From positions 153,508-217,507 of the forward strand of contig NMRA01000666.1 of assembly GCA_002633005.1 (NCBI GenBank): DNA of 64,000 nt, written 5' to 3'. Position numbers and translations under genes: made by a program. Positions 51,726 through 64,000 of the stretch are shown one piece after another (the first letter of the stretch is position 1; the number at the start of each line of letters is the position of its first letter). Under the pieces are notes generated by a model, which did no database searches, was not told the origin of the DNA, and saw only the letters and a program-made list of their open reading frames with translations. This DNA is from Phoronis australis. Lineage: Eukaryota; Animalia; Phoronida.

Positions 51726-53684
51726 TCTCGGAGAATCTTCGGCCAGCCAGGCTGTGTTTTCATGACTATGGGTTGAAGCGTGATGTATTTTTCTTTACAA
51801 AAAGGGTAGGGCCCTCAGTCCCTCAATTTTGGGGCCAAATATCGGCCCTATTCCCCTCTCAAAAATATTGAAAAATTACGCAAAATTCCCGGTCCCCGGC
51901 CACGAGGCCTAAAAATCCTGATTCCCGTAGTGATTGAAAATTTCTCTCCAACGGTTCAAATCACCTGTGTCCACAGAGGTGACAATTTGAAAAAGTACAA
52001 AATCATAGGCGGATTTAGNNNNNNNNNNNNNNNNNNNNNNNNNNNNNNNNNNNNNNNNNNNNNNNNNNNNNNNNNNNNNNNNNNNNNNNNNNNNNNNNNN
52101 NNNNNNNNNNNNNNNNNNNNNNNNNNNNNNNNNNNNNNNNNNNNNNNNNNNNNNNNNNNNNNNNNNNNNNNNNNNNNNNNNNNNNNNNNNNNNNNNNNNN
52201 NNNNNNNNNNNNNNNNNNNNNNNNNNNNNNNNNNNNNNNNNNNNNNNNNNNNNNNNNNNNNNNNNNNNNNNNNNNNNNNNNNNNNNNNNNNNNNNNNNNN
52301 NNNNNNNNNNNNNNNNNNNNNNNNNNNNNNNNNNNNNNNNNNNNNNNNNNNNNNNNNNNNNNNNNNNNNNNNNNNNNNNNNNNNNNNNNNNNNNNNNNNN
52401 NNNNNNNNNNNNNNNNNNNNNNNNNNNNNNNNNNNNNNNNNNNNNNNNNNNNNNNNNNNNNNNNNNNNNNNNNNNNNNNNNNNNNNNNNNNNNNNNNNNN
52501 NNNNNNNNNNNNNNNNNNNNNNNNNNNNNNNNNNNNNNNNNNNNNNNNNNNNNNNNNNNNNNNGGGTTACTGGTGTCAGCTTATCGCTTGGAATCATCGT
52601 TTAGCACCAATAAATCATCAAACTTCGATGTAAAACCCTTAAAAATACACCGAGTTCTTACAAAAACGTGTTGTTTCATTTCGCTCTTGTGGATTTATTG
52701 GTATTCGGACACACCGTAGCCCGGCAAAGTTCGGCAGTCCAATAACAGGTCCGTAGCAGGAGTTTGGGGTGTGTTCGGAGATAATTTCGAAGTATTTTCC
52801 GTGAGATACAGACAGTTGTGATTTTCTGAGTTCTAAACACAAAACGCTTGTTATCCTGGCCAGTGGCCCGGAGCCCCATCAGGCCCGGCGTCGCGGCCGG
52901 CCGGATTAACTCGTTATCCTGGCCAGTGGCTCGGAAACTGATCAGACATCACGAACAAACCAGCCAAAGTTCAGTGGAAACTAAACTTCCAGTCAAGAAA
53001 ATACTATACTAGTGAGCCAAAGTAATGTGCACGTGATTATGTTGGTGAATTAGCCACGAAACTGCAAATCTACTTGCGAATTCAGTTCCGCTTTGGCCAC
53101 AGCACCGTCAGGGCAGAAGCTGTACAGTGACAATCATTGTTTGAGTAATGTAAATGTAAATAAAGATTCCTCTGACACCTGGTTGTGGGGTGGAAATCGA
53201 GTTGTTTCACAACAGTTTCTGCCAGCAAACACTAAATTAGCATGAGCTCACACGGCCTCGTCGGTGTCCCGTCAATTAGTTTTATTGGACCTAAAGCCGG
53301 TAACGCAGTGATTTATTCATTGCTGGCTTCTCAAATCATTTAGTGCACTCACGAACACTCCAAAGGCATTACAAATTGCATCTAATGGGACAAACTTTGT
53401 TTCAGTTTTATATAAGTATTGGTTAGGTTGAGAATAATTCATTTTGAAAAAGAACGCTCAGTAATAAACACCAACAGGGCAACTCGCAATCCCGACTTAG
53501 GACGAGCTAGAGCGGCTCATCAATCCCGACTTCGCAGGTGGATCGTTAAGTTTTACAGGCTATCAATTCGAACAGGAATACAGTTATGAAGAAATACTAG
53601 AGAGGCGCCGTGAACAACCTCAGACAACGGAACGTATGGAGTTGTTTGGTAAGCCGGCATTCGTCAGGCACTGTCGACGTCGTC

Positions 53685-53880
53685 TGTAGGCCACAAACAC
53701 GGAGATGTTTCACGGCCTCATACTTGCTACTTACAGCGTACATTTCATTCTTCACTACCATGAGCCACTTCCTAAGCATTTTGGACTCTTGAGGAAGTAA
53801 AAAAAACGATATACTCGCTTTCCTCGCGGCGCTGCTTAGTTCGGACAAGCGGGAACGATACACCGCAACATAGCGGAATT
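53685..53880 (-). pseudogene. Second THAP relic
   Basis: YVAVYRS...ISFFLLPQESKMLRKWLMVVK...HLRVCG. The FF.LP, RKW and RVC elements are present, but the N-terminal Cys residues are lost. Confidence 0.55.
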
Positions 53881-56800
53881 CACTCTGCATATGAACCACT
53901 GACGTCGCTAGCGTCGTTTCTCACCTTCCTCACAGGTTAACGCGACACCTCTTGGCAAGGTAAGGTCGACCGTATGCGAGGCGATGTGGAAATAGACCAA
54001 TTAAGACGGCAAAAAAGACTAATTAAATCGGGTGGCATTCGCCTTTAACTGAAATTGAGCTCTAAAACGAGGTTATGCTTTGGACGAAAGAATAAGGTGT
54101 TTTAATTTTAAAATTCAACTTGGTCGAGATTGATATTTGAAAAATAAAACACATGAAATAGACGTAATTATTAAAACCAAGAAAGCAGAATTGGTGGTCA
54201 TATAATTGTTATTTTCAATTGCGAGCCTGGTTTTTTTCGTAATCAAAATATATATTTAATAACATCAAGTATTATTTCAGATCAATGACAAATCAACTGT
54301 TAGTCCCGGTAGTGCCTACCTCACCAGGATCTAGGCTATGCTTGAAGTTAATAGGCCTACTCTTGGTCAACAAATTAAACCAGATGTGACTAATTGCACA
54401 TTACAGCAAAATGCTATGAGCCACCATTGTCGGATATCTTCAACTCGTCAACAATACGACCAGATGACCTGGTTCGTGTAGAAAGCATTTTTATCAAGAA
54501 TTTATTAGAAGAAACGTAACCCTGCATTCAGCATGATTCTTAATCCGTAACACTACGATCGCCGCCATTTGGTCATGTTTACTTTTCATGTTTCGAACCT
54601 AGTTTTCCAGAAAAAAACTTATATCCTTTCGTCAGACAACTCTTTGGTGCATTCACTTGTTCTTTAACTGTATTTTTCTACGTCTCTGTGGTTAATTATT
54701 GACACATTTTTTAAGATTTAATATTCCGGTTGGACTCCAAAAACCGACCATTAAACTCGCGCAATGTAAATTTCCGCTTTGTTTATCGCAGTGAGCCTCG
54801 CTTTGGATTTTAATGTCCGCCGCGTGAATTGGGTCTATGAATTAGACAACTTGAATATGGCCGTGTTTATTCAAATTCAAACTGTCAGACACCCCGCTCA
54901 AACCGTTGTCTTGAACGAGTGTCCCTTGTCACTGAAGAGATCAAACACTGCCAAGAGCGACGAAATTTTCGCGGGATCCAGATAGTCATCGATTCCCAGT
55001 ACTGAGAGATATTAGATAAGGATACTCTGTAGATACTAATTCCTCTGACATTAAATATACCAATTAGAAAGCGATGCTCTTTCGATACCGTTATCAAAGA
55101 CAAATGCTCCGCTAATTCGTCATACCGACACCAAATACTACAAAGAGGTTTGTCAATTTTGGTTTCGAAAGGAAAGATAATACAGAAATAACCAAAAAAT
55201 TATACGCCCTTTATTTATTTCAAACAAGGACATACATAATCAAAGTTTGTCTTACATGTACAAACCAACCATTATCGCCTGCATGTTTTATTTGCCAATT
55301 TAGTATTTGAAATCCTGAATTGATTGTCATGGTTTTTGTCTGCTTATCTTAGACACAAAACTTGCCGATTATTAATCAACGCATTTTGGCAAGAGAACCT
55401 AGAATCGAAAAAATAGCATTCAGTGGGCCATTTTCCGACGTTGTTGCAAAAGCAAGGCTGAGAAAATGTTTTCACTATGATTTTCATTTCAAACATACGT
55501 GTGACTTTCCCATATGTAATTAAGAGTTTGTAACTTCAATTTTCAAAAAATAGGAAATTCTTTTCGGTAACGAATATTCGTTTAAAATGAAAGCCTATAT
55601 CGAGACGATTTCTACGAAAGTGGAAATAGCCAGTTTCGGATCTGCGACTATGTTGAAATTTTGCTGTGTCGCTGGGTGAAGACAGTACATAATTTCCTAG
55701 AACCGTTGAGGTGGTGGTGCAATAATTTCTAAAATCACTGGGTCTATTCACACTATCCTCTGTCGTTTACATATTGGCACGATGCTTCGGCTGGTTATTG
55801 TTACCACCATCTTTAGGTGCCACAGCGTTTTTATAAGAACAAACATGAGTATTTCGTGCACTCGTGGTGATCACTGTCTGATGATGGTGTGCACAATTTC
55901 ACTGAAATTATTTGTTGCTGTGTCCAGACACCGATGTATCATAAACTTTCGTTTTCCACACGATTAAAACAGTAAATTGTGCTTCATCGATGTCTAGGCT
56001 CAGAGACAAATAATACATTGTAAACAGTGGAATCGTTCATACGCTAACCACTGTGGGTGTACCACATCCCCGTTCTAGTTCCTCTTTAGGAGGACGAATA
56101 TCATATCTCATTTTACGTTTTGTAATCAATCAATGCACAAACAAACCGAAGCAGACCCCAACTCCCCGTGAATAGGGTGCCGGTGTCATTCCCATTTTCA
56201 ACCGTCACAGCACACCGGTTACAGACGTGATTTTAGAATTGCCCAACACCAATAGTCGTTTATCATCATTAAATTTTACCTCAGTGCTTACAACTCCTAT
56301 CTATAATCGACGATTTGTAGTGAAAATAAAAAACACAAAGGGTTTCATTTTTATAGCTCTGTTCAAAACTAATATAATTGCACCACTTTCGCGTATTTGT
56401 ATAATTAGCCCGCATGGCTTAATGTGGATGTGCTTCGAATGAAAGTACTCTGTCGTTTCACGACCAAATTTGAATTATTTCTACTCACCCCTGGGAATAC
56501 TTGACAATACCGGATTTATAGGGGGCACTGTAACAATTGCACGACCACCTATGTCTGAGAAGGAGACCCTTACAATATGATGTCATATTGGTGCCCTTCC
56601 GTGACTGGTCCAATAAGGAGAAAATAGGCAGGGAAAATATAAAAGACATAAGTGAATACCACCAACGACTCCATTATTCCTTAACAGTGATCTGTCCCTG
56701 GTGAAATACAACTTTGCACTTCCTGAACACAGTCTTCTTGAAATTGAAAATGTGAATCTAATTGATCTGGAAAACTTGTTCACAACAAATTTCCCCGGAC

Positions 56801-57469
56801 TTTTTCGAATTACATGTACGCACTCAAGTGAGCGTGGACGCCTTGTGCTGCAGTATTTTGAGCAAACGGGGCAAACCAGAACCTCCAAAGGGTGAGTCCA
56901 GCACTGGTAGTTTACAAGTTTTTAAAGTCTTCTCTACATTACATGCTTCGCTGTGCATGTTCTTAGGTCCAAAGGATAAACCTAACACTGGTAGTTTACA
57001 AATGTTCTCTGAAATTAAATACAGTCCATTGTTTCGCTGTTTTTTTTTTCTCGACTGCGTCTTGTTCCCAACCCTATACCTACCACGGTTTCACCTTACA
57101 AATTATTGGGGGCACGTCCCCCCACCCCCACCTCCTTCAACTTTCTACGGTATATGTAACGCACACCACTCTGATTTTGATGAATGATTGCGACAAAGTT
57201 AATTTATAATTGTTGGAAAACAAAACAAATTTGGTAGTGTCTTCATTGGAACCATAATTTAATCCTGAGCGATACGCAGTATTTTAAAAAAACGGCTATC
57301 ACAAATGGTTATTTTTTTATTTTTGATGACTCCACGTGCTCTATGGATAGAGCTGCCATAGTCCTTCCAACAGAAAGCTGGGATACGAATATCAACTCGT
57401 TCCAAACCTCGACTTCTACAAGAGCCCTTCTACTAAACACGCGACTATCATTACGTGCAAGATCACCAA

Positions 57470-57720
57470 CAGCAATAACAATAATAATAATGATAATGAT
57501 AATAATAATGATAACAATAATAATAATAATAATTATAATAAAGTTGCTAATAATTTTAAATATGGTTCTAAATCAAAGCGCTTCACGTATTCACTTGGGC
57601 CAAATGGCCAAGTGTTTGCCTAGTAGATGGCAGGTTCGTGCAGACGACGATTAGAGGGGCTTTATGTTACCGACATAAACTACCACGTTGAACGCGTGTG
57701 GTGACTCTCCCATAGAGAAA
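57470..57720 (-). mobile_element. SINE/L2-type 3' tail ending in an (ATT)n microsatellite
   Basis: On the minus strand, gtgaagcgctttga is followed by (ATT)n, seen as (AAT)n at 57470-57540 on the plus strand. Confidence 0.5.
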
Positions 57721-59187
57721 TTCAACGTAATTGAGTTCTCTAACAGCCTAGCTTGTCGTAGAATACTCGTCGATGGGACGTGGTGACGACAATTTCAGGA
57801 GACCAGCACAAAAACAATAGTAGAACAGATCCTCACAGTAACTCGAACGCACTAGAAACGAAATGGCGGGAAATTCGTTGCCCCCAAAATGTCACTTCCG
57901 GAGTAGTGCACGACTAACTAATAAAATTACAGGGAGCCGTAATTAATTGAACCATATGTCTGTATTATTTATTAAAAATGACACGATAAAAGGTTGCCTT
58001 CCCTTTAAATGGTTTTGGAGATAGAGCAGCGGACCCATATAAATAGATGGGCTCACAGAAAGGTTACAGTAATAGTAAAATGCTAATATACAGTTCTACA
58101 ACTCATAGTGTTATTCTCAAGAAAGCGGTTAGGTTTGATAGTTATAAAAACACTTACTCGGTGGCTTGCTTATAGGCATTGCACCTAAGCTGCGCCATTA
58201 GACTGTCTAACAAGTTTTTTGCGTTGGATGTTGCTGTTAAGGTTGTATACATGTATATCAGTGTTAGCAATTAGATTGATACTGCACCGATATGGTTTTG
58301 AAATGGTGTGGTTCCAACAAGGTGTTGGTTGTGGCAAAAGTTTACCCATAGTTTTTGAAGAAAGACAAAGGGATTTTTATTTGCAAAATGGCAATCGGCT
58401 ATTAATAAAAGCACAAAGCTTGATACATATTCTGTCATCAAGTTAGGTTTTGGCTTTGAACGTCATTTAGCATTGGATTTGCCATTTGTAGTTATGTGCT
58501 ATTACATAACTCAGATTATCAAATCGTTAATTAGCTATTGAGTCTCGGCAACACATTCATACTAACTAGCAGTTTCGGTTTTGCCGATTTTGTGCTGAAA
58601 AACTAAAGAAAACGAGTTTCATTTCATATGTATCTGCACACTGTATTCGAGTCTAGTCTAAGGAATGTGTTCATTGCGCTGAAATTCAAATGTAACCCAA
58701 ACTTCAGCAAAGTTAAAAGGTTATAAAAAAACTGTAATGAAAATGCACAAACTAAATTAGTTCAATTTCTTTATTTAGCTTCTGCTCCAAGAGAGAAAAC
58801 CGTAGGTTCCTTTTATCACTGATAAATTACCGTTTCTCCTTTTGCTCCTCTGATGGATAAGTAACTGGTAACGTTCGCCTTTTATGTATTTCTTGTGACA
58901 TTTAAGACCAACAAGGACAATGAATGTAACTGTGTGGGGACTTCCCAGTTACACAAGTTAGAGCGCTGGACAAATCGCAGTAGGACGCTGATATACTTCG
59001 TAAAACAATTCCTTATTTTACAACACGACTTGAAGTAAACTTTTATAATCACTTAATTATGCGTATTTTAATACTCGTACCAGCACAGTTAGAGTCTTGT
59101 TATTCTCCGGTTTTGATTATAATCTTCTTTTTATTATTATTATAATCATTGTTATTATTATTATTCCCAGCCTTTTCTAGACCTTAA

Positions 59188-61957
59188 AGACCTGGTCACA
59201 CGCGTTGTTAACCCTTATTACATGGTTAGAGGATGTTATAAGGACCCAAGAAGTACTTACCCCATAACTAATACAAGATCCGTACTCGAAAAAGTTTAAA
59301 TGAACGTGCCACTCACGATTTGCACCCGAAGAACCACCGCCATTTTGAACTTGCCGCGAACCCGGAAGTACAATTCATTCAGGAACCCATGCTAAGAAAA
59401 CGCCGTCAGTGTGGATGGACGAGTGCTTGTTACCAGCTTGCAAACGGGGATAAAATAATCGACAGCGTGCCTTAATTTTAATGAAATCAAAATACGGACA
59501 ACTTTATCGAATCTGGTGAAGAAATGTAGCGAATAAATTTTGACAGAAATCATTTTCCAGGCTCGGAACCGCAGCCTATCGGACCCGGTGGGGATCGAGA
59601 CCAGACACTGGCGAACGGTAAATGCATGCGGTTGAAAGCTGTATTGTCGAAGTAAAATGTTCAAATCATAAATGTCGCATGTATTCAAAGGTAGTTTCAG
59701 ACACTTGCATGAAATTACGGGATGGTTAGTCCTGTGTCACACTGCCACGGCACACCTTAGCTAGCCTCAGTGCCAGCTACCAGTGAAGACTATCGTCAAA
59801 ATACAGCTTCTTAGTAGGCCTATACTGCTTTGCACCCATGCTACTCTTAGGCCTAACTGGTCGCTGGCCACAGCGCTCGCTCAAACGAGGTTTATTTAGA
59901 CTTGGGTACTTCTGGCGAACTGTGCAAAGTTGTTGGCTTTCAATAGAGATTTGCCCAGACTTTGTATGAGCGCACCAAGCCTAAAAGAATGGGGTGCTGG
60001 AATTTTTGGGAATGTCTATCTTTTACTATAAGATTCACTGGGTATGTTCAGAGCTATGAATTGCTGACGCTAAATTTTGGTACTTCCTGTCTTCTAGTGG
60101 AATATTGTCTTATTTTCTACTTTTTTCGGAATTCGTGCTTCTCTGACTGGGGCAGACCTTTTCCATTTCTCCATATAGGGGGCTCGTTCGAGCACATAAG
60201 TATGACAAGTCCAATACAAAATGTTATCATTTTTTATTCATTAACCCAAAATGAGAAAAACTTTTAACATAATAAGTAACTTAAAATGTACAATACTTTA
60301 CAACATCTAGCACTACAAACACTATTCAACACATGCGCGCACCCAGCCTTCAATATGGGGGGCTCGAATTCCCGGCGATGTGGGTCTTTTGCTAAAAAAA
60401 GAGTGCGCGGACTAAAAGAAATGGGTGCACCACTGTGAATTGCGCGTTTGCGCTTCTTTAGTGGACTTTTGTCCCATTTTCTCGGGCTTTTTGTCTCTCG
60501 GGGGCTGACCTTTTTGCCCACTTCGCCAAATGGGGGCTCATTCGAGCCCCCCTAGCCTCCCTGGGTGCGCGCATGCAACAGCAAAAGTTTCGATGTTATG
60601 AAAGAGGACTTACATGTAACTATTACCATGGTGACCAAATAGTGTTTCCTTACACCAGAATTTGAGAAGCATGATTAAAAAAAATATGAAGTTGCAAGGA
60701 ACAAGAATTATAGGCTTGAAGCTTCACAATCCAACATAGCTTATTTCCTAAATTAAAATTATTCATATTGTTGACTTGATAACCTGAATTAAGAAGCAAT
60801 AAGCTACAAAACATGACTTGAAAGCAATTGAGACTTAAAATTTAGAAAAATATGAATTATTTTGTGACACCAAATCAAGCCTTGAACAGTAGTTGACAGC
60901 CAAACAAAAAACATTTCAAAATTATTTCAACTATTTGTTTAGCTTAGTGTAAGATCACCTGAATGGGAAATTCACAGTAAAATATTTCGAATATATCTTA
61001 TATTTTGCACAAAAACACGAAAATTGAATAAAGTTCCTTTTTTGTATCAACATTAAATCTTCACAAATTACAAAGTAGCCGATTGAACATGCCTTTCAGT
61101 TCAGCAAAAGTCGCCATGTTGTCGGTGCCGCCAGAAATGAGACGAAGTCCAACGGGAATTGTGAGCACATTTATCACTTAATGAGTAACAACTGAGAGAC
61201 TGACATTTGGTGAACACTGTTGAGTCGTGCAGAATAGTAAGTAAAGATATGTCTAACTAAATTTCACCGTAATTTGTTTGCGAAAACAATTTACGCAAAT
61301 CGTAACTTATCCCGCTGTCCTCCTATATGGCCGACGCGATCCAAACAAAGTGACCCAAATTTCGCCACAAAACTTCCAATAACTTTACACTGCTTGCCCC
61401 GATTTTGATACTTTTTCTATTTTTACTGAGTAGAATGCACTGACTTTCCGATGATAGCAAAGTACTTTTTCAAAACGAGAAAAAAATCAAAACGAAAAAA
61501 ATTGGTTCGACCCATATTAGTTCCTAGGTTAGACCGGCCTACGTAAGGAACTAAACACCAATGCTATTTTAACATAATAAGTACGCGTAACATTCCAAAA
61601 AATTCAACGACCACTAACTACAAACTATAAATACGCTGCATATGCAAACGAATCACGAGATATTACTAATAAAATAAAATAATGAAAACGTTTCGAGCAA
61701 GCTATGGCACATTCAGTTACAAGGAAAAAATGGCGGCATTCAGGACAAGTTCCTGAACTGATGAGCCGGAAATGTGGGTACGGAACTAACCGATGACAGC
61801 CGGTAATTATATGCACACAGAGAAGGGTCAAATACTGCTAAAAACCGCTTTTGGCAAGAAAGGCGAAACGAATATAAAAAAGGGTGTCGAAAATAAGATT
61901 TTATGTAGTATGTATTTTCGGATACTGGAACTACATGGGCAGTTTGAGAGCAGGACT
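59188..61957 (-). mobile_element. Non-autonomous Kolobok-like DNA transposon, copy B (inverted)
   Basis: TTAA|AGACCTGGTCACAC...GAGCAGGACT|TTAA. Reverse-complement homolog of 22544-24911, with extra segments at 60332-60575, ~61118-61172 and ~61490-61600. Confidence 0.85.
60332..60575 (+). mobile_element. MITE, CATGCGCGCACCC family, nested in Kolobok-like copy B
   Basis: CAACA|CATGCGCGCACCCAG...CTGGGTGCGCGCATG|CAACA, with a perfect 15-bp TIR. The empty site is present in copy A (~23775). Confidence 0.9.
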
Positions 61958-62899
61958 TTAATAACTCTCAAAAGATTCAACGTTCGACTTTGAAACATTC
62001 CAAGTAGGTTTGAGCCATCCATAAATGTTATGAAGTATCATACTTTTGACTCAAAAAGCACTGGAAGTGGTCAATAGATGCCAAGGTCATTTAATTTTCA
62101 AAATGTTTTCCTTACATTTCTCAAGGAATTCTTTTTGATGTCAGCGTACAGGTATAAGTCGACATCACAATCAAATGCGTTACTTGTCTTAGCAATCGGG
62201 CCATTCAACTACAAAAATGGGTCAAAGGCTATTACACGTAAGTGCAATCTTCAACTTTGAGCTAGACAGTTGAAATTCACCTATCTGATTGGTACATGTA
62301 ATTGAGTTCTAATTCAATACTGCCTAATGGTATCTGGGAGAATTCTAGGGCCCCCTTNCCCCCGAATCAAAGGCATTGGTCTGCAGATGGGATTTGAGAG
62401 AACCCATCCACCTCTCAATCGGGGTCGAATGCCATCACAACGAGGAAAGTGGTGTGCTGACTGCTGTGGCTTTGATGAAGTTGACTGCTTATTGATGATA
62501 AGATATTGGTCGCAACAAACGAGATAGAGAGCAAGACGGGAAGCAGACGCTCGTCAAAGTCTCGTCGGGGCGTAAGTAATCATAGTTCATCTACATGTAG
62601 TTCTTCCTCTTCCAGGAAAGCTCTTCAAGCCGAGTTCGCTACCTTAAAATAAGAAATTAGGTTACAAGAAATCGACACTGAACACTGTACTGAGTTGAGA
62701 GCCATACGTGCGAATCCCAGCCTTGCGATATAGCCAATGTATGTCTGAATGCCCTTACTGAGACAAGTCGAGACGACAACCCATTATATTGCAGTCATCG
62801 GCTGTCCCTCCCGAAGGGTACACAGAGTTCCTTCCCTGTGTCCAAAAATAGATCAATAGAACAAATTTAGCCCAATCCGTAGCTAGTCAAGTCCAAAGT

Positions 62900-63923
62900 A
62901 GAAAGATACTTGCCCCAGAGCCTGGGATTTTTATTGGGGAACCTCTGCACTGTCATCATTTGACGTTGTGATCATCAAGGAAATTCCAGACGCTGAGAAG
63001 TTGTGTTACCTAAACTGCTATCTGGTAGGGACAGCAAGAGAAGCCATTCTATCACAAGAGTCCTACCACTCTGCTCGTCCGTTACTAAAAGAAAGATATG
63101 GTTCGCCATTTGCATTTACTGATACATTCAGGGATAAGCTTGAGTTATGGCCCAAGATTGACTCACGTGTTGGAACAGGACTTAGGAAACTGTCAGACTT
63201 TCTGCGTCAGAGTGCGCTGGACATGAAGACTCACCAAGGGCTCTGTGTACTGAATGACGAGAAGGAGAATAGGACGATGCTGCAAAAGTTTCTCGGTTGG
63301 ATAGTGACGCAGTGGAGCAGGATCGTCACAAAACACAGCAAAAACCAAAGCATTTCCGCCATTCCATATCGTTTGCAATTTTATAGAGAAAGAATCCATA
63401 ATCACCTGTGATCGGTCCGCCTCCTTACATGCTCTGTACAAGAGCCAGCACAACGTTAAGCATTCCCCGACCTCGCCTGGTTGAAAGGCCACTTCCAAAA
63501 ATCTCTTTGCGAATACGGAAGATGTGGTCTAGGGAAAACCTGGTGGCAGTTGCCCCAAGATCTGCCACATGTGCAGAAACTCTGCAATAACGGCGACAGC
63601 TTGTCGCGTCAAATGCATTGTGCTTTGGATGCTTCCAGAAGTGTCTTCGTTCCAAGAACAGTCGTGTTAAAATGACATGGGACGTATGCTCAAAGAGACA
63701 TCCCACAACTATCTACGACTATAATATGGTCGACAAGAGCTTATCAGCAGCCAGTTCAGAGAATGCTGGTCAACAACAGTCGAATATTGATGCAGCCGAA
63801 CCTCATTGGTTAAACTTACCTGGTGCAGTGTCTAAAACGTCAGCTGTTGTCCCTGTAATGCTCTCATATTCTGACAAACCCCACTGTGAACGACTTGCAT
63901 ATGCGATGCTTGACACGGTATAG
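62900..63923 (+). mobile_element. Degenerate Bel/Pao LTR retrotransposon gag-protease relic
   Basis: EKLCYLNCYLVGTAREAI..YHSARPLLKERYG..FRDKLELWPKI..GLRKLSDFL (Pao gag-like), a degenerate Zn knuckle CFGC...VCSKRHPT, and the protease start VVPV...YAMLDT. Frameshifted and truncated. Confidence 0.8.
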
Positions 63924-64000
63924 TTCTTCTTTCAAGGCGCTAGTGGCCGGTTTCATGAAACAGTCCCAAACAGGGACTCAACCAAGGTCCCTAAGTCTTT

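Larger units (their letters stand above)
51477..54836 (+). mobile_element. THAP-bearing TIR element with AT TSD (ISL2EU-like, degenerate; spans a gap)
   Basis: AT|AGACCCTATTCACG..TCCAAAACGAGGTTCGCTGCGATA matches the reverse complement of the right end, AGACCCAATTCACG..TCCAAAGCGAGGCTCACTGCGATA; the right end is also followed by AT. Confidence 0.75.

Noticed and set aside
54890-55170. Possible Kolobok accessory (P2X7-C-terminal-like) ORF relic (CQE..LDKDTL..NSSYRH)
   Set aside because: Too few conserved residues and multiple stops; cannot be supported by eye.
57860-57905. Promoter-like cluster (AAATGGCG YY1, GGCGGGAAA E2F, ACTTCCGG ETS); similar motifs at 24730-24765 and 59335-59370
   Set aside because: Short motifs in or beside TE sequence, with no linked transcription-start evidence.

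Overview
This is AT-rich, transposon-dense metazoan (probably marine invertebrate) genomic DNA with assembly gaps at 25805-26408, 44309-44943, 50804-50814 and 52019-52563. Two convergent spliced genes can be rebuilt by hand from GT-AG sites with consistent phases. (1) Plus strand: a 661-aa rhodopsin-class GPCR, CDS join(14887..16074,16562..16769,18950..19539), with prostanoid-receptor-like features. (2) Minus strand: an 8-exon gene (46198->27412, 846 aa) in which an apparently intact non-RD, RIPK-like kinase is spliced in frame to a B-box/coiled-coil/6xNHL module. This is a TRIM-NHL-type protein with a kinase where the RING normally sits, and it is the main finding. The ORF track shows it only as unrelated fragments. 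The rest is mostly repeats: two inverted TTAA-flanked Kolobok-like elements bracketing the kinase gene, AT-TSD THAP-bearing elements, 5-bp-TSD MITEs, a ~450-bp tandem array, hairpins, SINE fragments, minisatellites and a Bel/Pao relic. All calls come from reading the sequence by eye; no database searches were run.
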